A stretch of 64,000 nucleotides of DNA from a bacterium HR15. Its GTDB lineage: Bacteria > Armatimonadota > Fimbriimonadia > Fimbriimonadales > GBS-DC. This document shows positions 8,732 through 18,300 of the stretch, in pieces (position 1 is the first letter of the stretch; the number at the start of each line of letters is the position of its first letter). Below the pieces are notes generated by a model. That model made no database searches. It was not told where the DNA came from and saw only the letters and a list, made by a program, of their open reading frames with translations. The stretch lies in assembly GCA_002898555.1 (NCBI GenBank), contig BEHR01000014.1, positions 1,416 through 65,415 on the forward strand. Direction: 5' to 3'. The translations under genes and the position numbers were made by a program.

Positions 8732-9677
8732 TTTGCGCCTCCATCCGTGCCAGCCATTGGGGTAGCCGCTGCGCAATCGCGCTTGCCAACTGCACATCCA
8801 ACGCATGCCCTGGCTTGACAGCCACCAACACAAAATCGCTGAGAGGTGCGCCACACAGCATCAGGTCACCGATGACATCTAGTATCTTATGGCGCAGCGG
8901 CTCGTCCCCAAATCGCGCGTTATTATAATACCCGTCGGGCGTGATAAGTAGCACATTGTCCAGCGATCCACCCAACGCCAGACCCTGCTGTTGCAGCGAT
9001 GCCACCTCATGGAGGAATCCGAAGGTGCGGGCGGGGGCGATTTGCTCGCGGAACTGGCGTAAGTCGAAATAGCCACCCTGCTCGCCCAGTGTGCCGGGGA
9101 AGGAGATATAGCCGAAGGCATACAAGTTGCCGGGCAGCACTCCCACAACCCGATCCTCCTGCTGCACCCAGACAGGTTCCAGCACGGGGATGGTGCCATG
9201 CACGCTGAGGGGCGTGGCTTCTGTCTGTCGGTGGTGTTGTTTCGGCTCGCCAGGAGGCTTATCCTCCCGTTTGTGGCTTGCCTTCCGGGTCTTTTTATTG
9301 TCGAGAGCCACGCGCATGGTGCCGCCTGACGCTTCGATAATTTCTATAAACGGCAACGCACTGCCGTCCAGAATAGGCACCTCGCGCCCTTGCAGCACTT
9401 CAATTAAGCAATCGGTCATGCCCAGCGCCCAGAATGCTGCCAGCAGATGCTCCACCGTGCCGAGGGTGAACTCCTCATTGCCCAGCGTAACGGCGCGGCG
9501 TGTATCGCGCACATAATCCCAGCGTACGGGGAACTCACTTGTGCCTTTGCGCACGCGCAGCCCGCCCTGATAGGGGTGCAAGCGTATTTGGGCAGACTCA
9601 CCTGTGTGCAAGCCCACGCCCGTGATGTCCACCGGCTGTGTGAGCGTCCATCGTTCAGTGGGGAGATGTGGACCCAC
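8724..9677 (-). CDS. lpxC: UDP-3-O-acyl-N-acetylglucosamine deacetylase
   Basis: GVGLHTGE, TVEHLLAAFWALG, FGFLHEV, HKILDVIGDL. Contains a basic segment KKTRKASHKREDKPPGEPKQHHRQ (about 9198-9305). Confidence 0.9.
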   Translation of the reverse strand: MGPHLPTERWTLTQPVDITGVGLHTGESAQIRLHPYQGGLRVRKGTSEFPVRWDYVRDTRRAVTLGNEEFTLGTVEHLLAAFWALGMTDCLIEVLQGREVPILDGSALPFIEIIEASGGTMRVALDNKKTRKASHKREDKPPGEPKQHHRQTEATPLSVHGTIPVLEPVWVQQEDRVVGVLPGNLYAFGYISFPGTLGEQGGYFDLRQFREQIAPARTFGFLHEVASLQQQGLALGGSLDNVLLITPDGYYNNARFGDEPLRHKILDVIGDLMLCGAPLSDFVLVAVKPGHALDVQLASAIAQRLPQWLARMEAQNG

Positions 9678-10998
9678 CGCCTTCCTCCTCTTCGGTGTAG
9701 TAAATTGTTCCTTGCACGCCCTCTGGTGCCCGCACCCACTCTTCGCCTTCCTTCGCCGATACGATCAGGCGCGGCGCTTTAAATTTACCATCTGGGTCTT
9801 CCAACACCACATTGCCCACCAGGGTCAAAATCTCGTTTTTCTGATCGTACTCGGCGCGGTCTGCGCTCAATTTGCGCTCGCGTCCATCCTTCAGACGTTG
9901 CACCGCTTTGATACCACCTGTGATGGAAGCCACTTTTTTGCGATAGAAATACTCGATCTGCCCACATTCGGCTTCGACGGGGTAGCGTTTTGCTTCCTGA
10001 AGTTTGTTCTCCTCTTGCTCTTCCGTGGATGGCTCGTTCGCGCTCTCGCGTGGCTTGATGAGCATGCGCACATTTTGAGTGAGCAGGGCGCGTTTCTGGT
10101 TCTCTGCATACCAGACCTCCAGCTTGTTTGCCTGGAGATCGAGGCGCGGATCTTTCAGCCAGAGGTCGCCTGTGGCGATTGCATATTTGCGCTTATTATC
10201 CACCTCGGCATAGGGGGCGAAGGCGGTGGTATCGCCATCGCGGAACTTCAGGTTCTGCCCCTTGCGAATATCGCCCCGATATTCGAAGACCCCAAATTCG
10301 ATCTCTATTTCGCGGCGCTTGCTCTGTTCATCTTGCAGCCGGAGCGTGCCTTTTTCGATGCGCAGATGCGAATCGCGCAAGGTCAGCACGAGCCGTTCAG
10401 CATGCGCTATTCCACCTTGCCACTCCAGGCTGAACGGCTGCTCGATGGTGATCTGCGCCTTGCGCAGGTCCCAGCGAATGGTTGGCGCGCGGAGGGTGAG
10501 TGGCAACGCGTTCGCCAGAATAGGATTGTGCAGTAGCGTGAGCGTAGGGGTGCCAGTGATGTACAGTTGCCGTGTCGGCTGGTTGTAAAGGATTTCGGTG
10601 GCGGAGGCGCGTCCCATCTCCTTACCCTGCTCATCATAGAAGACCCCTTCCCGTAGATGGACAGCGTGCCAGAGGATGCGGCTCTTTTCGATATCGATGC
10701 GCTCCACTTGAAGCCTTGCCAGCATTCGCTTGCCTTCACGCAGGGTGATGGCAGCATCGTTCAAGCGCAGCTCGATATTTTGCAAGCCTGACTGCGCCAT
10801 CTGGCGAGCCAGGCGGGCAAAGGGGTCTTGACGACGCAGCAGCTCCACGCCCCATAGCAGCGCAAGCGACGCCAAGACCATCAACAGAGCAAGAAGCAAA
10901 GCATGTTTAGCGGGGGCAGCGGGAGGCACACCGGACGGGGCGTGTGCCTCCCGTGCGTCGTGGTCGGTGGAAGAAAGTCGTTCAGGGACAATTCTCAT
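9655..10998 (-). CDS. Membrane-anchored protein, possible LptC/LptA (OstA-like) LPS-transport component
   Basis: One N-terminal TM (LLLALLMVLASLALLW). Repetitive beta-rich body; C-terminal ADRAEYDQKNEILTLVGNVVLEDPDG resembles the OstA/LptA pattern. Overlaps lpxC start by 23 nt. Family assignment is tentative. Confidence 0.45.
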   Translation of the reverse strand: MRIVPERLSSTDHDAREAHAPSGVPPAAPAKHALLLALLMVLASLALLWGVELLRRQDPFARLARQMAQSGLQNIELRLNDAAITLREGKRMLARLQVERIDIEKSRILWHAVHLREGVFYDEQGKEMGRASATEILYNQPTRQLYITGTPTLTLLHNPILANALPLTLRAPTIRWDLRKAQITIEQPFSLEWQGGIAHAERLVLTLRDSHLRIEKGTLRLQDEQSKRREIEIEFGVFEYRGDIRKGQNLKFRDGDTTAFAPYAEVDNKRKYAIATGDLWLKDPRLDLQANKLEVWYAENQKRALLTQNVRMLIKPRESANEPSTEEQEENKLQEAKRYPVEAECGQIEYFYRKKVASITGGIKAVQRLKDGRERKLSADRAEYDQKNEILTLVGNVVLEDPDGKFKAPRLIVSAKEGEEWVRAPEGVQGTIYYTEEEEGGGSTSPH

Positions 10999-11563
10999 CT
11001 ATCGGTGGGGGCGGCACATTCGGGTTGTTTGGAAAGACCTCAATCGTGCCGAAATCGATCAGACCCGGCGCCCCAAACACCACACTGACGATGCCCGCGC
11101 GTTCCGACGCAATCAAGCACCCACCACTGGTGTTGGGGTTTGCAGGCAGCTGAATGGTGCGCTTTTTCCCTGCGGGATCTATATGCTTAGCGATCGCCGT
11201 GTAACCTGCCGGGATTTGTACCCAGATACCCCGAAAGCGCACATTCGAAGGCACATTGCGCAGCAGGAAATCGCCCGCCCGCGCGTTCGGATTAAGCAAC
11301 CGTGCCACACTCAGCGTAATTTCATCGGGGTTGGACTGCCCTGTCACGATGCGTCGAAAGGTCAATTCACCTTGATCAGTTAGGAACTGAACGGTGGCTC
11401 CTGCAATGGGTTCTTTAGATATGGCGTCCACCACGCGCACATACGCGGCACGCTCCTGGATCACAACACTGCTGCCACCACCTGCGCTACCTCCGCCGCA
11501 CCCGCTCAGCAGCGACACAATCAGGAGCCATGTTGCCCATAGTTGCCAGTTCATTCGTCTCAT
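10982..11563 (-). CDS. Lipoprotein with carboxypeptidase-regulatory-like beta-sandwich segment
   Basis: Lipobox LLIVSLLSGCGGG; AYVRVVDAISKEPIAGATVQF. AGGAGG 11 nt upstream of ATG 11563 (ORF-track start 11623 probably too long). Confidence 0.6.
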   Translation of the reverse strand: MRRMNWQLWATWLLIVSLLSGCGGGSAGGGSSVVIQERAAYVRVVDAISKEPIAGATVQFLTDQGELTFRRIVTGQSNPDEITLSVARLLNPNARAGDFLLRNVPSNVRFRGIWVQIPAGYTAIAKHIDPAGKKRTIQLPANPNTSGGCLIASERAGIVSVVFGAPGLIDFGTIEVFPNNPNVPPPPIDENCP

Positions 11564-11628
11564 TCGCTCACTTGCCTCCTCAATATCTTCGACGATTCTC
11601 GCTTGGCTGCAATTTCCCTGCAAACAGG

Positions 11629-11634
11629 ATTATA
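11629..11634 (-). promoter_or_regulatory. -10 box TATAAT for the lipoprotein-lpt-lpx operon
   Basis: Minus strand GCGGTATAATCC. Leader contains GAGGAGG before ATG 11563. Back-to-back with the + strand box at 11656. Confidence 0.45.
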
Positions 11635-11655
11635 CCGCATTCCGATTCATGCAGG

Positions 11656-11661
11656 TATAAT
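11656..11661 (+). promoter_or_regulatory. -10 box TATAAT for the Rpn-like gene
   Basis: CAGGTATAATTG, 18 nt before ATG 11680. Confidence 0.45.
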
Positions 11662-11679
11662 TGCCGATAGAGGACCGCT

Positions 11680-12777
11680 ATGCGCGCACAAAGGACACGA
11701 GTAGATTTTGACAGCGCATGGAAGCTCGCGCTCGAAGCCTTCTTTCCTGCCTGTTTGGAGCTGCTCTTTCCACAGTTGCATGCGCTGATCGATTGGGAGC
11801 AGGAATATGTGTTTCTTAACACGGAGCTACAGCGGATTAAACCTCTGTTGCCTGGCTCGCGACGCTTCGTAGATGTGCTGGTGCGTGTCTCGTTCAAGGA
11901 TGGACGCGAGCGATTTGTGTTTTTGCATATCGAGATCCAAGCACAGCGAGATCCACACTTTGACCTGCGTATGTTTATCTACTATTATCACATTTTCGAT
12001 GCACTGGGTTATCCTGATCTCATCAGCTTGGCAATTCTGGCAGATGATGACCCGAATTGGCGTCCCGAGTCTTTCATCCGTTCATTGGGTGGATGTGAAC
12101 TCGCTTTTCGGTTTCCTGTGGTCAAGCTGCTTGATCTGGATGAAGCGATGCTTGCCGAACATCCCAATCCTTTTGCGGCGGTTGTGCTCACCCATCTCCG
12201 CGCCCTGAAAGCACGTGGTAATCTACAGCTTCTTTTTGAGGAGAAGGTGCGCATGATTCGCAATGTGCTGCAGCGCGGGTATAATGTCGAAGACATTCTC
12301 AATCTCTATAGGGTGGTGGACTATCTAATGGCATTACCGAAGGAGCTTGAGAGTCAGGTGAACCAGATTGTGCGGGAAGTGGCGCGTCGGCATGGTCTGC
12401 GCAGGCTGACCAGCTTAGAGCGCGAAGCCCTTGAACGCGGCGCACGACGAGGCTTGCAAAAGGGGCGTAGAGAGGGTTTACGCAGAGGACGCGAGGAAGG
12501 CTTGCAGCAAGGCTTGCAGCAAGGCTTGCAGCAGGGCTTGCAGCAAGGCTTGCAGCAGGGCTTGCAGCAGGGCTTGCAGCAGGGCATCGTGCGCGTAATC
12601 TTGCTCACACTGCGTTCCCGTTTTGGCAAGGTTCCTGCGCGAGTGGAACACGACCTGAAAAAGGTGAATGCTATTGAGCGATTGGAGGAGCTAAGCCTAT
12701 GTGCCAACAGCGTACCTACGCTCGCAGCGTTTGAGCAGGCATTACAAGAGGTATTAGCTGCCCAAGAATCGCACTGA
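11680..12777 (+). CDS. Rpn-family PD-(D/E)XK recombination-promoting nuclease / putative transposase with C-terminal DUF4351-like domain
   Basis: N-terminus DFDSAWKLALEAFFPACLELLFP...RRFVDVLVRV...FVFLHIEIQAQRD (D...ExQ nuclease-like core). Basic/Gln repeat RGLQKGRREGLRRGREEGLQQ then GLQQ x7. Tail VILLTLRSRFGKVPARVEHDLKKVNAIERLEEL. Confidence 0.7.
   Translation: MRAQRTRVDFDSAWKLALEAFFPACLELLFPQLHALIDWEQEYVFLNTELQRIKPLLPGSRRFVDVLVRVSFKDGRERFVFLHIEIQAQRDPHFDLRMFIYYYHIFDALGYPDLISLAILADDDPNWRPESFIRSLGGCELAFRFPVVKLLDLDEAMLAEHPNPFAAVVLTHLRALKARGNLQLLFEEKVRMIRNVLQRGYNVEDILNLYRVVDYLMALPKELESQVNQIVREVARRHGLRRLTSLEREALERGARRGLQKGRREGLRRGREEGLQQGLQQGLQQGLQQGLQQGLQQGLQQGIVRVILLTLRSRFGKVPARVEHDLKKVNAIERLEELSLCANSVPTLAAFEQALQEVLAAQESH
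12499..12582 (+). repeat. Tandem 12-bp repeat GGCTTGCAGCA(A/G) x7 inside the Rpn-like gene (encodes GLQQ x7)
   Basis: Seven head-to-tail units counted directly; units differ only at the last base. Confidence 0.95.
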
Positions 12778-12785
12778 TAGCTGGG

Positions 12786-13979
12786 CTATCCCCAGCATAG
12801 TTTGCCCAACGGCACGGGTTTCGAAACGCCTGTCGTGCCCGGATAGGCGACTGGCTCGCCTTGTAAAAAGCAATCTGCCAGTAGGGCGAAAGCAATCGCC
12901 TCTTTAAAATCGGGATCGATGCCGTAGGCAGCGGTGCTTTCGATGATTAGCTCAGGCAACAGTGCTTGCAGGCGTGCCATCAGCGTCTGATTATGAATCC
13001 CGCCGCCAGCCACGATTAACCGTTGGATCGGCGTTTTATTTAGCACCCACCGCTGCAAAGCGTGCGCAATTGAGCGCGCGGTCAGCTCCGTGAGCGTGGC
13101 AATCAGGTCATTGAGCTGGATACTGGGCAGTGCATATTGCATCAGAATCTCTTGCAGTAATGCCTCACCGAACACTTCACGCCCAGTCGATTTGGGGGGT
13201 GGTTGCTCGAAAAATGGGTGTGTAAGCAGCTGTTTCAGCAGCGCAGGTATCACCTGCCCCTGGGCAGCGCGTGTGCCGTTACCATCGTACCGTTCCCGTC
13301 CTTCTGTGCCCCAGCGCACTGCCAGATCAATCAGCGTGTTGCCCGGACCAGTATCAAAGGCATAAATAGCGTCAGGCGAACCGCCTGCTGGCAGAATGGT
13401 GAGGTTCGCCATGCCCCCGATATTAAGCACGGCGCGCGATTCGTGCGCATCGCTGAGTAGCAGCCAGTCCACAAAAGGCACCAGCGGCGCGCCCTGACCT
13501 CCGTATGCCATATCGCGCGTGCGAAAGTCGGCAACCACTGGCGCATGCAGCCGCGCAGCAATCACATCTGGTTGTCCGATCTGCAAGGTGTTTGGGGTGA
13601 GGTGCCCGAAGAGTCGTGCGGCTGGCGCGTGCCATATCGTCTGCCCGTGCGAGCCGATGAAATCGACCGTAGTTAGCCCCGCCTTCGTAAGGGCGCGTTG
13701 CCCCGCCTCAGCGAACCGCTCACCAAGGTAAGCGTCCCATGCAGCCAGAGCCTCCAAACCACCCTCGCGGATCAGCGTCTGCAGCCCCTCGCGCTCCGCA
13801 TCAGCGTAGGGTTCGAGATGGGTTGCCAGCGTTTGCACCCGCCGCTCGCGCCCAAACCCTTCGATGGTGACCACGGCGGCGTCGATACCGTCCATCGAAG
13901 TGCCCGCCATCAAGCCAAGTGCGGTGCGTCGTACCTGCCTGCAAAGCGCGTCCAATTGCTGCCACTTCCGCATGGTCAT
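12786..13979 (-). CDS. anmK: Anhydro-N-acetylmuramic acid kinase
   Basis: GLMAGTSMDGIDAAVV N-terminal signature, ~400 aa. Start at ATG 13979/13973 preferred over TTG 14072. Confidence 0.85.
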   Translation of the reverse strand: MTMRKWQQLDALCRQVRRTALGLMAGTSMDGIDAAVVTIEGFGRERRVQTLATHLEPYADAEREGLQTLIREGGLEALAAWDAYLGERFAEAGQRALTKAGLTTVDFIGSHGQTIWHAPAARLFGHLTPNTLQIGQPDVIAARLHAPVVADFRTRDMAYGGQGAPLVPFVDWLLLSDAHESRAVLNIGGMANLTILPAGGSPDAIYAFDTGPGNTLIDLAVRWGTEGRERYDGNGTRAAQGQVIPALLKQLLTHPFFEQPPPKSTGREVFGEALLQEILMQYALPSIQLNDLIATLTELTARSIAHALQRWVLNKTPIQRLIVAGGGIHNQTLMARLQALLPELIIESTAAYGIDPDFKEAIAFALLADCFLQGEPVAYPGTTGVSKPVPLGKLCWG

Positions 13980-14083
13980 CTGTGATTTGTCGGGGGGCGC
14001 AGGCGGGGAAACTGCGCCCCCCGTGTGGTGGGGTTGGTGAGGAAAGACGGTTGAAACAGCCGCCGCGCCCAATTCCCCTTTAT

Positions 14084-14089
14084 ATTATA
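14084..14089 (-). promoter_or_regulatory. -10 box TATAAT upstream of anmK
   Basis: Minus strand GGGTTATAATAT. Divergent from the plsY box. Confidence 0.4.
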
Positions 14090-14125
14090 ACCCATTTGCC
14101 CACTCCGCCGCAAGGCTACAGTCGG

Positions 14126-14131
14126 TATAAT
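14126..14131 (+). promoter_or_regulatory. -10 box TATAAT, 10 nt before plsY ATG
   Basis: TCGGTATAATCTTGGTTGGAATG. Confidence 0.5.
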
Positions 14132-14141
14132 CTTGGTTGGA

Positions 14142-15260
14142 ATGGAGTGGCAGAGGTTGTTGGTGGCGATGCTGGTCGCCTTCGGGATTGGCTCGTTGCC
14201 ATTCGGCTACTGGATTGGGCGCATGCGCGGGATCGACATTCGCCAGTATGGCAGCGGTAACATCGGTGCGACGAATGTGTTCCGTGTGTTGGGCGCGAAA
14301 GCGGCGATAGCCACGCTGCTGCTGGACGCTTTCAAGGGTTGGCTGCCTACCTTTGTGGTCATGCAGGCGATCCATAGGGACGCCTATGCGCTGCTGGTGG
14401 GTGCGGCAGCGATCTTGGGGCATACCTTCTCGCCCTGGATGGGCTTTCGTGGAGGCAAAGGTATTGCGACGGGATTAGGCGTGCTACTGGGTGCGGCACC
14501 TACCGTCGCCGGGATTGCTTTTCTCGTGTGGCTCGGAGCGTTCGGACTGACCCGCTGGGTGTCGCTTGGTTCCATCCTGGGCGCAGCTGCCGTGCCCATC
14601 GCTGCGTACTGGCTGGGACACTCACCCGAAGCAATCGCCATTCTTGCTATCGCCGCGGGGGTGGTCATCTGGCGACATCGGGCAAACATCGGGCGCATCT
14701 TACGCGGCCAAGAACCGAGGTTCACCTGGCGTCGGGCAGAACCCTCGCTGGAGCAGGCGGTCCTGGAGTTAGCGCAAGTGGCTGTCGAGCGATTTGTGTT
14801 GGAAGGCACGCTGATTGAACCTGACCTGAAGCGTTTGCCGCGTGCCCTGCGCGAGCCGGGCAGCGTGTTCGTTGCCCTCTATCAGGGAGAGCAGTTGCGT
14901 GGGTTGATGGGCAGTTTGAAGCCGCAGAAGCCGACCCGCGCCCACGAAATTATCCACCATGCCACCCGTGCTGCCCTGTTAGATCCGCACCGTCCCCCGG
15001 TGGAGCCAGAGGAACTACCCACCCTGCGCTATGTGGTCTATCTGGTCGAATCGTACGAGCCCCTGCGCGATAGCTCGCAGGTGGACCCGCAGCGGGACGC
15101 GGTGCTGGTGGAGTGGCATGGACGGGCGCAGGCGCTGGTGCCTCCAAGTCCCGATATACGCACTCCCCAGCAGCAGATTGAGCGCGCGTTTGCCCGTGGC
15201 GGCATCCCGCGCGAGGCATCCGCGCGCCTCTATCGCGTGCGCCTGAATCGGCTCGGATAA
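14142..15260 (+). CDS. plsY: Glycerol-3-phosphate acyltransferase PlsY fused to a C-terminal AMMECR1-like domain
   Basis: PlsY: GSLPFGYWIGRMRGIDIRQYGSGNIGATNVFRVLG, HTFSPWMGFRGGKG. C-terminal ~170 aa (from about 14745): GSVFVALYQGEQLRGLMGS, AALLDPHRPPVEPEELPTL. ATG 14142 lies 10 nt after TATAAT 14126-14131; ORF-track TTG 14133 abuts the -10 box. Confidence 0.85.
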   Translation: MEWQRLLVAMLVAFGIGSLPFGYWIGRMRGIDIRQYGSGNIGATNVFRVLGAKAAIATLLLDAFKGWLPTFVVMQAIHRDAYALLVGAAAILGHTFSPWMGFRGGKGIATGLGVLLGAAPTVAGIAFLVWLGAFGLTRWVSLGSILGAAAVPIAAYWLGHSPEAIAILAIAAGVVIWRHRANIGRILRGQEPRFTWRRAEPSLEQAVLELAQVAVERFVLEGTLIEPDLKRLPRALREPGSVFVALYQGEQLRGLMGSLKPQKPTRAHEIIHHATRAALLDPHRPPVEPEELPTLRYVVYLVESYEPLRDSSQVDPQRDAVLVEWHGRAQALVPPSPDIRTPQQQIERAFARGGIPREASARLYRVRLNRLG

Positions 15261-15379
15261 CGACGGATGGCATTTTTCTCTGACCCAGCTTGGCTCAAAA
15301 TTTTCTTCGCCGACCAAGCGCGATCGCCATCCGCAGGAGAAAGGGAAGCGAGGGCGAACTTTCCAACGGGATACCCTGA

Positions 15380-18300
15380 ATGGCACGGACGCTGACACAG
15401 ATACGGATACATGGCTTCAAGACCTTCGCTCAGCGGGTGGAGATCGAGCTGACGCACGATCTCGTCGCGGTGGTCGGTCCCAACGGATGTGGCAAAAGCA
15501 ACCTCGTCGACGCCATCGTCTGGGCGTTAGGGGAGGTCAGCGTACGCGCGCTGCGTGCCACCACGCCGACCGAAGTGCTTTTTAGTGGCTCCGCCACCGA
15601 GAAACCGCTTGGCATGGCGGAAGTCACGCTTTGGTTCGATAATGAATCACGCTGGCTGCCGCTGGACACCAACGAGGTACAGATCACGCGCCGCCTCTAT
15701 CGCTCCGGCGAATGGGAGTGCTGGATTAACCGCACTCCTGCGCGCCTACGGGATGTGGCCGATCTGTTCGCAGGCACGGGGCTGGGGCGCGGTGGCTATG
15801 CGATTGTGGGGCAAGGTGAAATCGAAGCCTTCCTCAGTGCAGATCCCGAAGAGCGACGCCGCTGGCTCGAAGAATTGGCTGGCATCGCCTTCTACCGCAA
15901 CCGCCGACGCGACACCTTGCGCGATCTGGAAGCGACTCGACTCCATCTCCAGCGCATCGAAGATGTGCTGCGCGAACTCATTCGGCAGCGTGAACCCCTG
16001 CGAGAACAAGCCGAACGCGCTCTTGCCTATCGCGAACTGCAGCAACAGCTGCACGCGATGGAGCGACAACTGTTGCTCCACGATTTCGCCCAGCTCAGCC
16101 ATCAGCTCAGCATCGTGCATCAAGAGCGTGCCCACCTGCGCCAAGCCATAGAAGAGGGGCGCGGGGCAATGCAAGCGGCGGAAATGCAAGCCGAGACGCA
16201 TGGCAAAGTCGTCGCCCACCTCGATGCCGAGATGGACACCTTGCGCACCATCTTGCAGAGCCAGCTGAGTGCCGAGCAGCGATTGCAGGGCGACCTGAAA
16301 GCCCTCAGCGAGCGTGAACGCACCTTGCAGGAACTCGCCCAAGCCCTTCACGAAGAGGCGGGCACACTCCAGGAGCAGGAAGCACGCCACAGCCGTACGG
16401 TCCACCTGTTGCAAGCGCGCCTGCAGACCGCCCGCGCCGCGTTGCAACAACTCCTGCCCCGTTTGCAAGCCGCCCGCGAAACCCTTCAGCAACACGAACA
16501 GGCACGCCAGGAGGTCGATGCCCGCTATCACGCCGCGCTACACGCCTACGCTCAGCGTGAACAACAAGAGCGTGAACGACTCGCCTTGCAGTCCCGCCTA
16601 CAGGAGCTGGACGAGCTGGAACCGACTATCCGCGCACGCCTGCAACAGACAGAGGCAGCCCTTCTCGCTGCCCAAAAACAAGAGCAACAGCTCCATCGCG
16701 AACTGGAAACCGCTCAGGCGGAATCCGACAGGTTGGACAAACAGCTCACTGCGCATCAGGCACAGACGGCCACACGCCAGTCGCTGCTGGCAAAACTCAC
16801 CGCGCAGGTGCAGGCGTTAGAGGCAAGTTTACAAGCGGGCGAAGGGGCGTCTCCTGCGGTGCGTCGCCTGCTGCAAGCGATCCAACGGGGTGAGCTGCAG
16901 GGCGAATTCTATCCCGTCGGGGCCATCCTCACCATACCACCTGAACTACAGCTTGCCATCGAAGCCGCGCTGGGCAGCAGCGTCAACGACATCATCACGC
17001 CCACCGAAGCCGAAGCACGCGCTGCCATCGAGTGGCTCAAACGCAACCAAGCAGGACGGCTCACCTTCCTGCCACTGGATATCCTCACGCCTGCTCCTGC
17101 GCCGCGACTCGCTCCACAACAAGCGAACGGCATTCTGGGTCTTGCTGCCGAATTGGTGCGATATGACCCCCGCTTCGAACGCGCGGTGCAGCACCTGCTG
17201 GGGCGCACCGTCGTCATCGACACCCTCGAGAACGCTATCCAGTGGCGAATGGCGAATGGAGGGCGAGAGCGCATGGTCACCTTAGAGGGTGAGCTAATCC
17301 AGCCAAGCGGCGCCATCACAGGCGGCAGGCAGGGCACAGAACGCAGGGGCTTGCTCGCGCTCAAACGCCAACTGGATGACGCCCGCCTTGCCCTCCAGCA
17401 GGTGCAGCAACAGGTGCAAACGGACGAAACCGCGCTGCAGTCCCTGCGCCAGCGACGCGAAACCGCCAAAACGCGAATCGAAGCCTTGCAAAGCGAGCTG
17501 CACGAAGCGATGCAGCAACGCCTGCTCGCCGAAACCGAGCATTCAAGGGTCGAACAGGCTCTGGCACAGCTGCTTCACGAGCGCAAGAGCCTGACCGAGC
17601 AGCTCGCCCAACTGGACATCCAGCTCGCCCAACAGCCTCTACCCGACCTCACTGCCCTGCAAGCCGAGCGCGACCAGATTCAGCATGCGTACGCCGAATC
17701 GGTGCAAGCCCTCGCTACCCTGCAAGCCGAACAGGAACGGCTCCAGCGTGAAATCGAGGAGACAACCGCCCGCCTGCAAAGTGAGCAGCAGCAACTCCAG
17801 CAAGTGCAACAGCGACTGCACCACCGCCACGAGCGTATGCAAGCGATCCAGCGCGAATATGACCAGATTCAGACCAGACGGGCACAGCTCCAGCAGGAGC
17901 GTGAAACACTGCTTGCCCAAATCGAGCATGCCCAGGCGCGTTTGGAGCAGCTGCGTGCCGAACGCCAGCAACAACTGACACAAAGCCTGCAATGGAGCGA
18001 GCAGGCGCGTCAGCTGCGTCAGCAGCTACAGCAGATGAACGAGCGCGACCGTGCCCTCGAACTACAAAGCGCGCGTATCGAAGTGCGCCTCGCGGAGCTA
18101 AGTGAGCAGTGGCAACGCCTCTTCCCTGACGAGCCGAAACTGGAGGGCAAGCTATCAATAGGCAATCCTCCATCCCGTAGCGCTGTCGAAAAAGTGCGCC
18201 GCGCCCTGCAAGCGATGGGTGAGGTCAACCTCGGCGCCGCGGAAGAATATGCCCGCCTGACTGAGCGCATCGACACACTGACCCAGCAGCGCGATGACCT

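Noticed and set aside
8732-8854. Over-extended N-termini in the ORF track for several genes. ORF-track start (preferred start): fabZ 8854 (8731), ruvB 31336 (31045), thpR 33030 (32973), trpD 54910 (54832), cytochrome 28284 (28227), SPOR 22667 (22802), OMP 35937 (35832), PEP-CTERM 29924 (29867).
   Set aside because: The extensions lack family similarity, overlap upstream genes or promoters, and internal ATGs have proper SD or -10 context.
12499-12582. Possible CRISPR-like array.
   Set aside because: The units are 12 bp, contiguous with no spacers, in-frame inside a CDS. There are no cas genes in the window.
12354-12707. ORF with a striking CCKP x7 repeat.
   Set aside because: It is the reverse complement of the GLQQ x7 repeat inside the Rpn-like gene. 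It has no independent start context or other features.
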